In this document: positions 25,677 to 38,559 of the stretch, in pieces | Numbering within the stretch: position 1 is the stretch's first letter | How the letters are laid out: every line of letters begins with the position of its first letter | Assembly (NCBI RefSeq): GCF_001194135.2 | Contig: NC_068981.1 | Location: forward strand, 71,948,068 to 72,012,067 | Length of the DNA: 64,000 bases | From: Octopus bimaculoides | Lineage: Eukaryota | Reading direction: 5' to 3' | Notes under the pieces: model-generated | Databases searched by the model: none | The model's input: only the letters and a program-made list of their open reading frames with translations | What the model was told of the DNA's origin: nothing | Translations under genes and position numbers: made by a program

Positions 25677-25708
<32 letters not shown>

Positions 25709-25890
25709 GATAGATAGATAGATAGATAGATACATACATACATACATACACACACACACATACACACATGTATACATAAGAAAAAAGATGACAAAGGTAA
25801 AAACAACTGTCTTATGAATTTCATTGGCTTATATATGTATATATATGAATGTGAGTGTATGTATATGCATATACTGTATATGAGTGTGTG

Positions 25891-25937
<47 letters not shown>

Positions 25938-26369
25938 TGTATATAATGAAGGTCTTATGGAATAGAAATGAATGTGAAGAAAATGAAAATCAATGGTAAT
26001 CAGCAAGATACAACTGTCACCAACTTGAAAGAGACCAACAATAATATACCCGAGATAAACATAATAAGAAAATGGGGAAATGTGAAACAGAAAAAAAAGA
26101 TGTGAGATACTGAGAAAGGCAGTAGAATAAAAATATCAAAATACTAACATCAACAAACATTAATATAGCAACCATGTATAGATTTATTTAAGGAGTTACG
26201 TATGGCCCCCTCTTAGTGTATGCAGCTGAAACATGGAATGGATATAAACAAATACATTACAAGACTTTCAGGTATGGGTATAACAGACAGATACATGGAA
26301 ACACATACATACATCTTCACAGAATATATAAGAATCAACTTGAAAAAATTAAACTAAAGGAAGCTGCCT

Positions 26370-26572
26370 GACTGCCCCTCATGCTGGTGGCACATAAAAA
26401 GCACCCACTACACTCTCGGAGTGGTTGGCATTAGGAAGGGCATCCAGCTGTAGAAACTTTGCCAGATCAGATTGGAGCCTAGTACAGCCTTCTGGCTTGC
26501 CAGTCCTCAGTTAAACCGTCCAACTTATGCTAGCATGGAAAGCAGACATTAAGCAATGATGATGATGATGAT
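26370..26572 (+). mobile_element. RTE-like 3' end (family C)
   Basis: CATGCTGGTGGCACATAAAAAGCACCC...GGAAAGCAGACATTAAG followed by (GAT)n. Confidence 0.85.
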
Positions 26573-26689
26573 ACTTATATATATATATTTCTATGTTCTA
26601 TGTATTTCAATGTACATACACTCACAAACACACACACATATATACATGTCTGTGTGTAATTATATATAAACGTTATCTTTTAGGTGTTT

Positions 26690-26960
26690 CAGTTGTTGAA
26701 GTGCAACCATTTTGGGGCATTTTCTTGAAGGGTTTAGTCGAAAAAATCGATCCCAGTGCATATTTTTTAAGTGGTACTTTTCCTATTAGTCACTTTTGTT
26801 GAACCAATAAACTATGGGGATGTAAACAAACCAACACTGGTTGTCAAACAGGGTGGGATACACACACACACAAAACAGGCTTCTTTTAGTCTCCATCTAC
26901 CAAATACACAAAGGTTTTGGTTGGCCTTGGGCTATAGCAGAAGACACTTGCTCTAGGTGT
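26690..26960 (-). mobile_element. SINE family A, diverged
   Basis: Tail and head blocks recognisable. Confidence 0.7.
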
Positions 26961-27009
26961 CATGTATGTCATTAGGAAGTATACTTTTATCTTGCAACTA
27001 TGCCTGTGT

Positions 27010-27040
<31 letters not shown>

Positions 27041-27121
27041 NNNNNNNNNNNNNNNNNNNNNNNNNNNNNNNNNNNNNNNNNNNNNNNNNNNNNNNNNNNN
27101 NNNNNNNNATATATACATATA

Positions 27122-27170
<49 letters not shown>

Positions 27171-27759
27171 ATATATATATGTATATATATATGTACATAC
27201 ATTTATATATTAGTACACACACACATGTAAATGTATCTATCGGTAAAACATGAATAAAATGCTATAGGAAGTAAAGAGAAAATAATTGTAGCCTATTCAT
27301 CTAAGCATCTCAATATCAACTCTTGTTAGCACTCCTCAACTTATATGAAAAAAAAGTTCTCTGTGGAGCTAATTACTGCCGATGCTATGAAAATAATACT
27401 ATAATGACATGGCTCTGTAAGTGTTAGGACTCTCAGGGCTAACCTCTTAACGATATGCCAAAATTATTAAAATAAATGAAACCATCTTCGAATAACAAAA
27501 CTGACCTCACATTATTGCCATATCACTATTAAAACTTGCCATATCACTATTAAAACTCTAATTAGTAAGTAGCAAGGAAGCAACACACACACACATGCAC
27601 ACCCACTCAAAACACACACACACACACACAAACATGCACCCATAAACATGCACACACAAATATATATATATTTCTCCTTCTCTCTCTCTCTCTCTTTCTA
27701 TGCATGTACATATACATACATACATACATATCTGTATATATATATGTGTGTGTACACGC

Positions 27760-27840
27760 GCAAGTGTCTTCTGCTATAGCCTTGGGCTGACCAAAGCCTA
27801 GTGAGTGGATTTAGTAGACAGAAACTGAAAGAAGCCCATC

Positions 27841-27909
<69 letters not shown>

Positions 27910-28183
27910 TGTATGTATGTATGTATGTATGTATGTATGTATTATGTGTGTGTCTTTGTGTCTATGTTTGTCCATCCCTCCACCATCGCTTGACAACTGA
28001 TTTTGGTATGTTTATGTCCCCGTAATTTAGCGGTTCGGCAAAAGAGACTGATAGAATAAGTATAAGGCTTGCAAAGAATATGTCCTGGGCTTGATTTCTT
28101 TGACTAAAATGTGGTGCTCCATCATGGCCACAGTCAAATGACTGAAACAAATGAAAGAAGGAAAAATATACAAAGAGAAAAAG

Positions 28184-28256
<73 letters not shown>

Positions 28257-28442
28257 AAGAGAGGGAGAGAGAAGGAGATAGGTATAGTGTGGTTCAGAAA
28301 TTGCTTCCCAACCACATGGTTTTAAGTTCAGTCCCACTGTGTGGAATGTTGAGCAAGTGTCTTCTACTATAGCACTGTTCCAACCAATGCCTTGTGAGTG
28401 GATTTGGTAGACAGATACTAAAAGAAGACCATCATATATATG

Positions 28443-28480
<38 letters not shown>

Positions 28481-28601
28481 GCTTGCTTACCAACCACATG
28501 GTTCCGGGTTCAGTTCCACCACATGGCACCTTGGGTAAGTGTCTTCTCCTATAGCTTCGGGCCGAGTGGATTTGGTAGACAGAAACTGAAAGAAGCCCGT
28601 C

Positions 28602-28637
<36 letters not shown>

Positions 28638-28840
28638 GTATGCGTTTGTATATGTTTGTCCCACCAACATCGCTTGACAACCGATGGTGGTGTGTTTACG
28701 TCCCCGTAACTTAGCGGTTCGGCAAAATAGAATAAGTACTAGGCTTACAAAGAATAAGTCCTGAAGTTGATTTGTTTGACTAAAAGCGGTGCTCCAGCGT
28801 GGCTACAGTCAAGTGACTGAAACAAGTAAAAGAATAAACG
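27760..28840 (+). mobile_element. Cluster of three SINE family A copies
   Basis: Copies at about 27760-28165, 28280-28435 and 28480-28840, each with a TA/TATG tract after GAAAGAAG(C/A)CC. Confidence 0.85.
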
Positions 28841-28964
28841 GATATATATTTTATATGTGTGTGTATTTATATGTGTGTGTATGTATATATCTGTATATGC
28901 GTGCATGTCTGTGTGTTTGTTTACATTTGTGACTTTTGTTATATATATATATAAATGGTGGTTG

Positions 28965-29200
28965 ATAGCTTAGTAGTTAGGGTGGTGGGACCAAAATAAA
29001 TTATGTTCTTGAGCAAGGTATTTCATTCCATGCAGCATCTCTCTGCTCATCTGAAAATGGGCAGTAGCAGCAGTTGCAGCTAGTTGCAGGGTGGTTAACC
29101 TGGCAATAAGTCTGCTGTCCCCTCCTGTATAAGGTCTTGTACTTAGTGTTGTTTAACTCCCAGAAACTAAATTAAGCTCCTGTTTAATGAGCCTGTGTGC
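28965..29200 (+). mobile_element. Old CORE-like SINE relic
   Basis: TAGCTTAGTAGTTAGGG...TGTTCTTGAGCAAGGTATTT...CATCTGAAAATGGG. Confidence 0.45.
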
Positions 29201-30992
29201 TTGAGAATGATTTTGATACACACACACACACACATACACACACACACACATACACACACACATACATGTGTGTGCATGCAAACACACACACATACACACA
29301 CACACACATTTCTTTTTTAGAATAGTGAATTTTCCAAAACATCACAAAAGGCTATAAATAGTAGCAAGTAAATATTGGGTTGGAAAACCCTTTTGAATAG
29401 AAAAAGGTTGAACACTGCCTTGTGGGACCTAAACTCACATGTGCGGTAAATATCACACACAATTCTCCCTCCTCACATATATGTACACGCGCACACGCGC
29501 ACACACACACACACGCACACTCACACACACACACACACATACACACACATGCAACAGAATTATTTCCATTTAACATAATCAATGTTATCTGATGTTTCAT
29601 ATATATATATAATACAAATGATATGTGAGCATATGCATATATACATACATATATGTACATACCTACATCTACATGTATATATAGATGCATATCCAGGTAC
29701 AGGACATATACATACATACATACATATATATAATCATCAAATTTTTCCGTTGTGTTATTACATTGTACCTAGCTTTTTATATTAATTTATATATATATGG
29801 TCTTATATTTTATCATATGCCTATTTATAGTATATAAAATGTATTAACATACAATATATATANNNNNNNNNNNNNNNNNNNNNNNNNNNNNNNNNNNNNN
29901 NNNNNNNNNNNNNNNNNNNNNNNNNNNNNNNNNNNNNNNNNNNNNNNNNNNNNNNNNNNNNNNNNNNNNNNNNNNNNNNNNNNNNNNNNNNNNNNNNNNN
30001 NNNNNNNNNNNNNNNNNNNNNNNNNNNNNNNNNNNNNNNNNNNCATACATACATACACATATATATAAGGTCATATTTGCCTATTTATATTATATAAAAT
30101 GTATTAACATACATGTATTAGCACAAACATGATATATTAATACACTGTATATATAATTTTTATGAAAGTCATAATACTTTATACTGTATGATGTACAATG
30201 TATGAGGTACAATGTACATAACAAATTGTAATGAATTGAGGATTGGATAAAGTATTGATGTTCTACAAATTAATCAAACTAAATTTAATTCAAGATAAAT
30301 ATTTAGCAATATCAGAATGAAAAACAATCTTATTTTAAATCTGTTTATTTAAATCAAAGAACATGTTTAATAAAAGAATTTAGCTTGATTATATTTTCTG
30401 AATTATACAGATTGTTTACTATATTTTGTTTGATCATATGGAGTAAAATGCATGTAGTTTCTGTTTGGAAATGTTTATACCTGTCAATACCAAAAATAGT
30501 CTAAAGAATTCTTTCTAAAACAATACAGAAAATAATTCAATATCCTTTGCAAAATAGTGATAGAACTTTGTGAATGTTTTGCATTCATAATGTTTTTGTC
30601 TTTCTGTAAATAAAGTTTTAATCTGGAATAGAAGCAATAGATAGCATCATACCTTTCAATGTATGGGTCTTATTGTAGTGTTTAGGTTTTTCTCCCCTGA
30701 GTTTATAAATGTAAATAGTTATTCTTCATTCTTGAGGTTCTTTGTAAAGCAATCCATAATTGAGGAAGTAAGTGTTTCAGCTTAGTGGCTGACTGATGGT
30801 AATGTAATGCCAGCCAAATATACTAGTCCAGTGTTGAGACATACCACAGTTAAGGAGAAGGGCAACAGAGAGAGAGAGAGAGTGAGGGAGAAAAAGAGGA
30901 AAAAGAAAAAAGACTATAGAGGAAATTACTGTTAGATTCATGAAAAGAGTAAAGTAAAATAAGAGAGTGGAAACTTAGGAAACAGACAGGGA

Positions 30993-31034
<42 letters not shown>

Positions 31035-31515
31035 GAAGGATAAATAGAGAGAAAGGGAGAGATGCAGAGCGAAAAGTAACAACTGTGGACAGGGAAAAAG
31101 TTAAGTAAAGACAAATGTGAAAGGAAAATTCATAAGATGAAATAAGAAAGGAATAGAGAAGACTGCTGCAAAAAGTGTGAGGCTGGAGTTGGGGCTGGTG
31201 TTGAGGGCAGGGGATGAGAGGGAAGGAAGCTGGTTGTAGAAAGGAAGAAAGTAGAAAAAAACAGCTATAAAAGGACAACCACATCTACCCTGAAAAACAA
31301 ATAAATATGTGTGTGTGTGCTGGTCTGTGTGTGTGTTTTTCTGTGTGTGTGAGTGTGTGTGTATGTGTGTATGCATATGTATATGCATCTACACAGACAC
31401 ATGCACACATATACCCACAAGCACTTTAACCAAATCTGTATTATTCTGCTCTTGGAGAGATATGTGTGTGTGTGTGTGTGTGAGTGCATGTGCATGTGTA
31501 TGTGTTGTGTGTGTA

Positions 31516-31572
<57 letters not shown>

Positions 31573-31614
31573 GCATGCATTTACAAATATATGTTTATAT
31601 ATATATATTATTAT

Positions 31615-32178
31615 ATAAAGGTCACAATACATGTATTAAAGTGCTACTAATAGTTTCATATGTTGAGAGAACTCGAACATATTCTTCAGGTGCAAATCAC
31701 ATACCATAATGTAAGAAAAAATTGAATAGATATGAAACTGAGATGGCAGCATATAGAAACTGCAGACAGTAACAACAGAAAACAAAAAAACAGAAACAAG
31801 GCTAAAATGTCAAAAGGAAAAAAAGTGCTCTCCCCCTTAGGCCTTAAATGATAAGGCTGGAGAGATACCAAGTCAGTCAGGAATAGGCGGAATTTTCCAG
31901 TTCTTCAGAATATATTTATACATATGCAGGCAACCACTGAAAATTTCTGATCTGGAGTTCAATAGAGAGTTATGGATCTTAGATCTGAACATGATCAGTG
32001 CTCTTTCAGCCAAACAAAGTCTACATTTATTTCATCCATTCACATAAGGTATAGATTTCTCAATTACTTTCCATTTAATCACATGCGGTGTTTCGTTATC
32101 TTTCAAAGCCCAAACGTAGCTAGCCAACTTTGTAGCTTTACTTTTGTCCCTATGTCGGAAGGAGGTTATGTGACTGGC
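31615..32178 (-). mobile_element. Penelope-like element 3' fragment (GIY-YIG C-terminus, possibly Naiad-type), truncated by gap
   Basis: HITSFRHRDKSKATKLASYVWALKD..IKWKVIEKSIPYVNG*NKCRLCLAERALI..LLNSRSEIFSGCLH, followed by an HHR-like motif. Confidence 0.85.
31641..31695 (-). ncRNA. Hammerhead-like motif (stem I weak)
   Basis: CTGAAGA ATATGTT(C)GAG-TTCT-CTC AACATAT GAAAC TA T TAGT A: intact core, 10-bp stem II, near-palindromic stem III. Stem I does not pair well. Confidence 0.55.
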
Positions 32179-33115
32179 NNNNNNNNNNNNNNNNNNNNNN
32201 NNNNNNNNNNNNNNNNNNNNNNNNNNNNNNNNNNNNNNNNNNNNNNNNNNNNNNNNNNNNNNNNNNNNNNNNNNNNNNNNNNNNNNNNNNNNNNNNNNNN
32301 NNNNNNNNNNNNNNNNNNNNNNNNNNNNNNNNNNNNNNNNNNNNNNNNNNNNNNNNNNNNNNNNNNNNNNNNNNNNNNNNNNNNNNNNNNNNNNNNNNNN
32401 NNNNNNNNNNNNNNNNNNNNNNNNNNNNNNNNNNNNNNNNNNNNNNNNNNNNNNNNNNNNNNNNNNNNNNNNNNNNNNNNNNNNNNNNNNNNNNNNNNNN
32501 NNNNNNNNNNNNNNNNNNNNNNNNNNNNNNNNNNNNNNNNNNNNNNNNNNNNNNNNNNNNNNNNNNNNNNNNNNNNNNNNNNNNNNNNNNNNNNNNNNNN
32601 NNNNNNNNNNNNNNNNNNNNNNNNNNNNNNNNNNNNNNNNNNNNNNNNNNNNNNNNNNNNNNNNNNNNNNNNNNNNNNNNNNNNNNNNNNNNNNNNNNNN
32701 NNNNNNNNNNNNNNNNNNNNNNNNNNNNNNNNNNNNNNNNNNNNNNNNNNNNNNNNNNNNNNNNNNNNNNNNNNNNNNNNNNNNNNNNNNNNNNNNNNNN
32801 NNNNNNNNNNNNNNNNNNNNNNNNNNNNNNNNNNNNNNNNNNNNNNNNNNNNNNNNNNNNNNNNNNNNNNNNNNNNNNNNNNNNNNNNNNNNNNNNNNNN
32901 NNNNNNNNNNNNNNNNNNNNNNNNNNNNNNNNNNNNNNNNNNNNNNNNNNNNNNNNNNNNNNNNNNNNNNNNNNNNNNNNNNNNNNNNNNNNNNNNNNNN
33001 NNNNNNNNNNNNNNNNNNNNNNNNNNNNNNNNNNNNNNNNNNNNNNNNNNNNNNNNNNNNNNNNNNNNNNNNNNNNNNNNNNNNNNNNNNNNNNNNNNNN
33101 NNNNNNNNNNNNNNN

Positions 33116-33164
<49 letters not shown>

Positions 33165-33779
33165 TAGAGAGATTCAGATGAATATGGCACTGAAGTTGAG
33201 GCACCAGAATTTAGTATGGTATTATCCATGCAATTTCAAAGTAAGGTGATTAAATTCAAAACAAGCAACAAGGATATCCAGAGGTAATGCAGTATGATCG
33301 TTTCATGCAACTCCATTTAATTTAACAATGCAATCATTTCATCAGTTTAAATGCACAAAGACATAGAATTTAAGGAGATAGACAAAGAACATGATGTCTT
33401 CACTCCAGCATAGAAGCTACTAAGGTATCAAGATGTACATTGTTAGAGACTCTGCCTGTCACTGATTTTATTTGTTTTTATGGGGTCAGTTTTAATTTAT
33501 AGACTAGTTTATCAAATCCTTGCATATCTAAGGCTGAGAGAACAAAAGGGCAGGGCTGAGGGAGCAGACAGAAATCATAGTTGGTATAGTCATAAAAATC
33601 AAGATTTATTAGAAGCAATATCATGAGGTTTGGTAAAGGAAAACTTAAAACAAGATGTTAGCTGACGATTAAGGGGGTCGCTCACTAGCAGACCATTGAT
33701 AATGAAACAGGGGAAGTCTTATCATATAGTACTATAGTTAAAATATTTTTTTAAATGTTGCTGTATTGTTTAAAATATT

Positions 33780-33930
33780 TTCTGTCTACGAAATTCACTC
33801 ACAAACCCTTTGGTTGGCCCCAGGGCTATAGTAAAAGACACTTGTCCAAGGTGCTACACAGTGGGACTGAACCCAGGGCCATGTGAATTGGAAATAAACT
33901 TTGTACCACACAGCCATGCCCACACCTATA
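33780..33930 (-). mobile_element. SINE family A head
   Basis: GACACTTGTCCAAGGTGC...GTGGGACTGAACCC block. Confidence 0.8.
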
Positions 33931-33963
<33 letters not shown>

Positions 33964-34630
33964 TACTCTCAGTCTTTTCTGTTGAAGACTATATGCTCAA
34001 AACATCAAAGACATCCATTCTTGCTGAGTTTCAAACTAATATACCTGCTTTTTGTTCCTTCAACTGTCTTTGTCTTTTGTTTCTGTAAATTTGAACTGCA
34101 TATATATATGTGTGTGTGTGTAAACAAATAAATATTAAAAGAAAATTTTTATTAGAAGCATCAAAATGTGGATTGTATGATACAAATAAAAAGGTGGTAT
34201 TTTTTTTAAAATGCACACTTGCCATTAGAACAGCAGAAATACTGGGTAAATTACCCTTACAAGGCTGGTTGTTGACAAATTTCTCCACCTTGTAAGGGTA
34301 AGTTTACCCTGTATTTCTGTTGTTCTAATGGCAGCCCTGCATTCAAATAGACATATCTTCATATATATGTAACATCCTCATTTAACGTCCATATATTGTC
34401 CATATGCTGGTATATGCAAATATGTACATATATATGTGTGTGGTGTTGTATTTTACAGAGTTGATGATTCGGCAAAAAAACTCTTCTTGCACTAAATTCT
34501 TTCTCCTCTGAAACAGATTATTCTGTTCTGTGTGACTCTAACATTTATACCAAACTTGATTCATAGCATTATTTACACGATTTACATTATTTATATTTGA
34601 CGGATATTTGTCCTCATCTTGTTTGTTGTT

Positions 34631-34676
34631 AACACAACGTTTCGGCTGATATACCCTCCAGCCTTCATCAAGTGTC
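34631..34676 (-). ncRNA. Minimal hammerhead in inverted pLTR (C3U variant)
   Basis: GACAC TTGATGA A GGCTG-GAGGGTATAT-CAGCC GAA ACGT T GTGTT: palindromic ACGU stem III, 5-bp stem I. Confidence 0.7.
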
Positions 34677-34751
34677 TTGGGGAAATTTTGAACCTGGGTT
34701 CTCATTCCTAAGGTATTTTTTGATGTTGTTATTATTGTTATTATTATATCT

Positions 34752-35284
34752 CCACTCCAATTATGAAGAAAAGAGAGGATGAAACCAATAAACGGTCCAC
34801 AGTCTGTCTACCCTATGTGAAAGGCCTCTCCATAAAGATACAAAAAATATGCGGCCCATATAACATCAGGACAGTATTCAAGAGCAATACAACACTTCAC
34901 AAATATCTCCTTTGAGTAAAACCACCAATAAAAGAGAATATGACCAAGAACTGTATGTACTCCATCCCATGCAGCTTTTGTAAGTTATACAAAGGCGAAA
35001 CATGTCGCCCCCTCAAAATAAGAGTAGAGGAACATCACAAAGCTGTGACATGGGGAGATATTGCTAAATCGGGTATAGCTGATCATGTATGGAAAAATGG
35101 AGACCACCTACCCTTGTGGGATGAAGTTAAAATAATGGACAGAGAACACCACTGGAATATAAGAAAACTAAAAGAAGCAACACATATGCTAAGACACAAC
35201 AACCTCCTAAGTAGACCGAATGCAGATATGAACAGCATATGGGAACCGGTATTAAGGAAGGATAGGAGAATATTAGATTTATAA
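34752..35284 (+). pseudogene. PLE linker plus GIY-YIG endonuclease, 5'-truncated, one in-frame stop
   Basis: VCLPYVKGLS..IRTVFKS..LL*VKP..NCMYSIPCSFCKLYKGETCRPLKIRVEEH..SGIADHVW..HHWNIRKLKEATH. Confidence 0.85.
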
Positions 35285-35313
35285 GCCCTAAAATTCACTC
35301 CATAATTGCCCAT

Positions 35314-35378
35314 GGGCATATGGCATAGTGGTTAAGAGCGCGGGCAACTAACCCCAAGATTCCGAGTTCGATTCCAAG
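35314..35378 (+). promoter_or_regulatory. tRNA-like Pol III (A/B box) segment inside the PLE 3' region
   Basis: GGGCATA TGGCATAGTGG TTAAGAGCGCGGG CAACTAA CCCC AAGATTCC GAGTTCGATTCC. Confidence 0.65.
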
Positions 35379-35443
35379 CAATGACCTTAATAATAATAAT
35401 AATAATATCAACATCAAAAAATACCTTAGGAATGAGAACCCAA

Positions 35444-35480
35444 GACGCCTGATGAAGGCTGGAGGGTATATCAGCTGAAT
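35444..35480 (+). ncRNA. Hammerhead remnant in 3' pLTR (stem III deleted)
   Basis: GACGC CTGATGA A GGCTG..CAGCT GAA, then a deletion relative to the left copy. Confidence 0.55.
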
Positions 35481-36471
35481 AACAACAAACAAGATGAGGA
35501 CAAATATCCGTCGAATAATGTACATAATTCCTCATCTCTTAAATATAGAACTGTATTGATTCATAGCAATCAAAATAATTTCTCCACAATATATGACATC
35601 AAAAAATTAGAGGTAGACACTATTATCAAATGATGTTGTTTCACATTACTTAAAACAATTGTTTATAAAATGCCTGCTTCATAATCAATATTTAAAAATG
35701 CATATGCACTTACTAATATTGTAAATATGTAAATATACAGGTAAATAAAGTGATAATTGAATGAACATTTTACTGTAAATAAATATCTGATTAAATTAAT
35801 AATAATAGATTTTAATAAATTGGAAAAGTTTTTAAATGTATACAATCTATATATGACATATTTGCTGGCATATCCATAACCGTGTGCAAACAATTAGTAA
35901 ATATTTGTGTATATCTAAATATATACAAATACCAAGAATCTTAATTTATGCTCAGTTGCACATTTTTATGCACATTCACTTATGCATATACATACATACA
36001 TATATTTATATACAAATGTGTCTGTGTGCATGTGTGTTTGTGCTGGCATGGAAAGGTGCTTGACAAATAACCAGTATTAGGAATCTGAATTTCTGTGTGT
36101 ATTTTATCCTTTTTTATCCTTTTTATCCCATTGTTATTATATCAGGGATTATGTTCTTTCAAACTGTATTTAGGAAAGTAAATAAGATAGGAGAGTTTGT
36201 TTATATTATTTTAATTACCATCATATTGCAATGAAATATCTTATAAACAATCACCAACATTTTACTTTTCCATTACACAAACACACACATACACTCATAC
36301 ACACACATACATACATGCATACATACATGCATACATACATGCATACATACATGCATACATACATAGAAACATACATACATACATACAAGAAGAGTCGATG
36401 CTAGATATGCCAAAACAATTGTTGTGATTAATAATATATTCTCATATATTCCATCTTCTGTCTTTCATTTG

Positions 36472-36503
<32 letters not shown>

Positions 36504-36809
36504 NNNNNNNNNNATGGTTACTTTAACCTCTAACTCAACTAACCTTATATATATATAGTCTTTTTGTAAATCATTAGTAAATAATAATTGATGCAAATCA
36601 ATTATTGTTCATCAATGTCACCTCCATTTTCTGTTTTCTTTAAATTTTGATTCCTGATAAACTCCTGTTTATCCTTGGCTTTACCTATAATTTATGAGCA
36701 TAACATTTTTGCCCATGTTTAAATATAGGTAATATAGCAGTAGTATTTTGGATACTTTTATCCCTTAGATGGTTACTTTAACCTCTAACTCAACTAACCT
36801 TATATATAT

Positions 36810-37286
36810 ATAGACATGGCAAGCCAAGTGAGACAATAACCATGGCCTATGCCAGTGTAGCATAACCGGTTCATTTAAGAGTACCCTTTAATCATTTGGC
36901 AATAAACTGTGCTTGTGAAGACCTGTTGAGTCAAGTGAAGTCATTGTTGTGGCCAATGCCAGTACTGCCTGACTGACACCTGTGCCAGTGACATGTATGT
37001 AAAAAGCACCATTTCAGCGTGGTCGATACCAGTGCCACCTGACTGGTCCCATGCTGGTAGCATGTAAAAAGCACTGTTTGAGTGTGGCCGTTGTCAGTGC
37101 CACATCACTGGCTCCCATGCTGGTGGCACGTAAAAAGCACCCACTAGTGTTGGAGTGGGTGGCATTAGGAAGGGCATCCAGCTGTAGAAACCTTGCCAGA
37201 TCAGAGTGGAGCCTGGTACAGCCTTCTGGCTTGCTAGTCCTCAGTCAAACTGTCCAACCCATGCCAGCATGGAAAACGGATGTTAA

Positions 37287-37315
<29 letters not shown>
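36810..37315 (+). mobile_element. RTE-like 3' UTR (family C) with three internal repeats and (GAT)n tail
   Basis: Starts at the ORF end (TWQAK*). GTAAAAAGCAC motif occurs three times about 65 bp apart. Confidence 0.85.
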
Positions 37316-37318
<3 letters not shown>

Positions 37319-37649
37319 TATATATATATANNNNNNNNNNNNNNNNNNNNNNNNNNNNNNNNNNNNNNNNNNNNNNNNNNNNNNNNNNNNNNNNNNNNNN
37401 NNNNNNNNNNNNNNNNNNNNNNNNNNNNNNNNNNNNNNNNNNNNNNNNNNNNNNNNNNNNNNNNNNNNNNNNNNNNNNNNNNNNNNNNNNNNNNNNNNNN
37501 NNNNNNNNNNNNNNNNNNNNNNNNNNNNNNNNNNNNNNNNNNNNNNNNNNNNNNNNNNNNNNNNNNNNNNNNNNNNNNNNNNNNNNNNNNNNNNNNNNNN
37601 NNNNNNNNNNNNNNNNNNNNNNNNNNNNNNNNNNNATATACATATACAT

Positions 37650-37815
37650 ATATACGACAGGCTTCTTTCAGTTTCCCTCTACCAAATCCACTCACAAGGC
37701 ATTGGTCGGCCCGAGGCTATAGTAAAAGACACTTGCCCAAGATGCTACGCAGTGGGACTGAACCCGGGACCATGTGGTTGGTAAGCAAGCTACTTACCAC
37801 ACAGCCACTCCTATA
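37650..37815 (-). mobile_element. SINE family A head
   Basis: Low-divergence match to the other heads. Confidence 0.88.
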
Positions 37816-38029
37816 TTGCTTAGTAGTTTATATATCCAAAAAGAAGCATACTCTAAAACTTTAGACCAGTAATACTTAAAAAGTTGGTTATGAACAGTTA
37901 GGAAGTGATGTGCCTCTGGCTAACAAGTCTGATGGGTCAATTATACTGCTAAGAACTCTATAAGTATGAAACCAATAGTCACTCCCTCTAACTGGCCTTA
38001 ACCAACAATCTTTTAAATATATATATATA

Positions 38030-38342
38030 TATATGGTAAGAAGCTTGCTTCCCAACCACATAGTTCCAGGTCCAGTCCCAATGTGTGGTACTTTGGGCAA
38101 GTGTCTTCTACTATAGTCTCGGGCCAAGCAAACCCTTGTGAGTGGATTTGGTAGATGGAAACTGAAAGAAGCTCTTCGTATATATAAGTACCAGCACACA
38201 GCTGGTACTTAATTTATTGACCCTGAAAGGATGAAAGGCAAAGTCAACCTCAGCAAAATTTGAACTCAGAACATAAAGACAGACAAATACCACAAAGCAT
38301 TTCGCCTGGCGTGCTAATGTTTCTACCAGCTTGCCGCCTTGA
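38030..38342. mobile_element. SINE family A head (+) abutting SINE family B (-)
   Basis: Family A at about 38030-38182, family B at about 38190-38342. Confidence 0.8.
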
Positions 38343-38559
38343 TGAAATTGTATAATGCTTCCAGAAATATCAAGAGTTTATAACTAGATCTATTGTGTTC
38401 TACTTAGCTAGAATCAAAGGTAGGAAAGGCAGTAAAACAGAAAGTAGGAGAAAGATGAAGAAAACGCTTCATCATAGATTTGGTAAATGTATGTGAGAGA
38501 CAACCAAAACCAAGAGCAGAAAACAAATCCTTGGTTGGTGGGACATAGGCTTTAAATGT

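Larger units (their letters stand above)
34569..35555 (+). mobile_element. 5'-truncated Penelope/Poseidon-type PLE with inverted terminal pLTR copy and 13-bp TSD
   Basis: TTGATTCATAGCA at 34556-34568 and 35556-35568. About 34585-34747 is the reverse complement of about 35389-35520. GIY-YIG ORF lies between. Confidence 0.9.

Noticed and set aside
28790-28840. SINE A tail AGTC-aa(a/g)t-GACT GAAAC AA GTA resembles an HHR 3' half
   Set aside because: No CUGANGA or stem I upstream in any copy. It could be a relic, but that is not supportable.
35314-35385. Possible true tRNA gene
   Set aside because: The acceptor stem does not close and the anticodon loop is non-canonical. Treated as a tRNA-derived segment, like the SINE heads.
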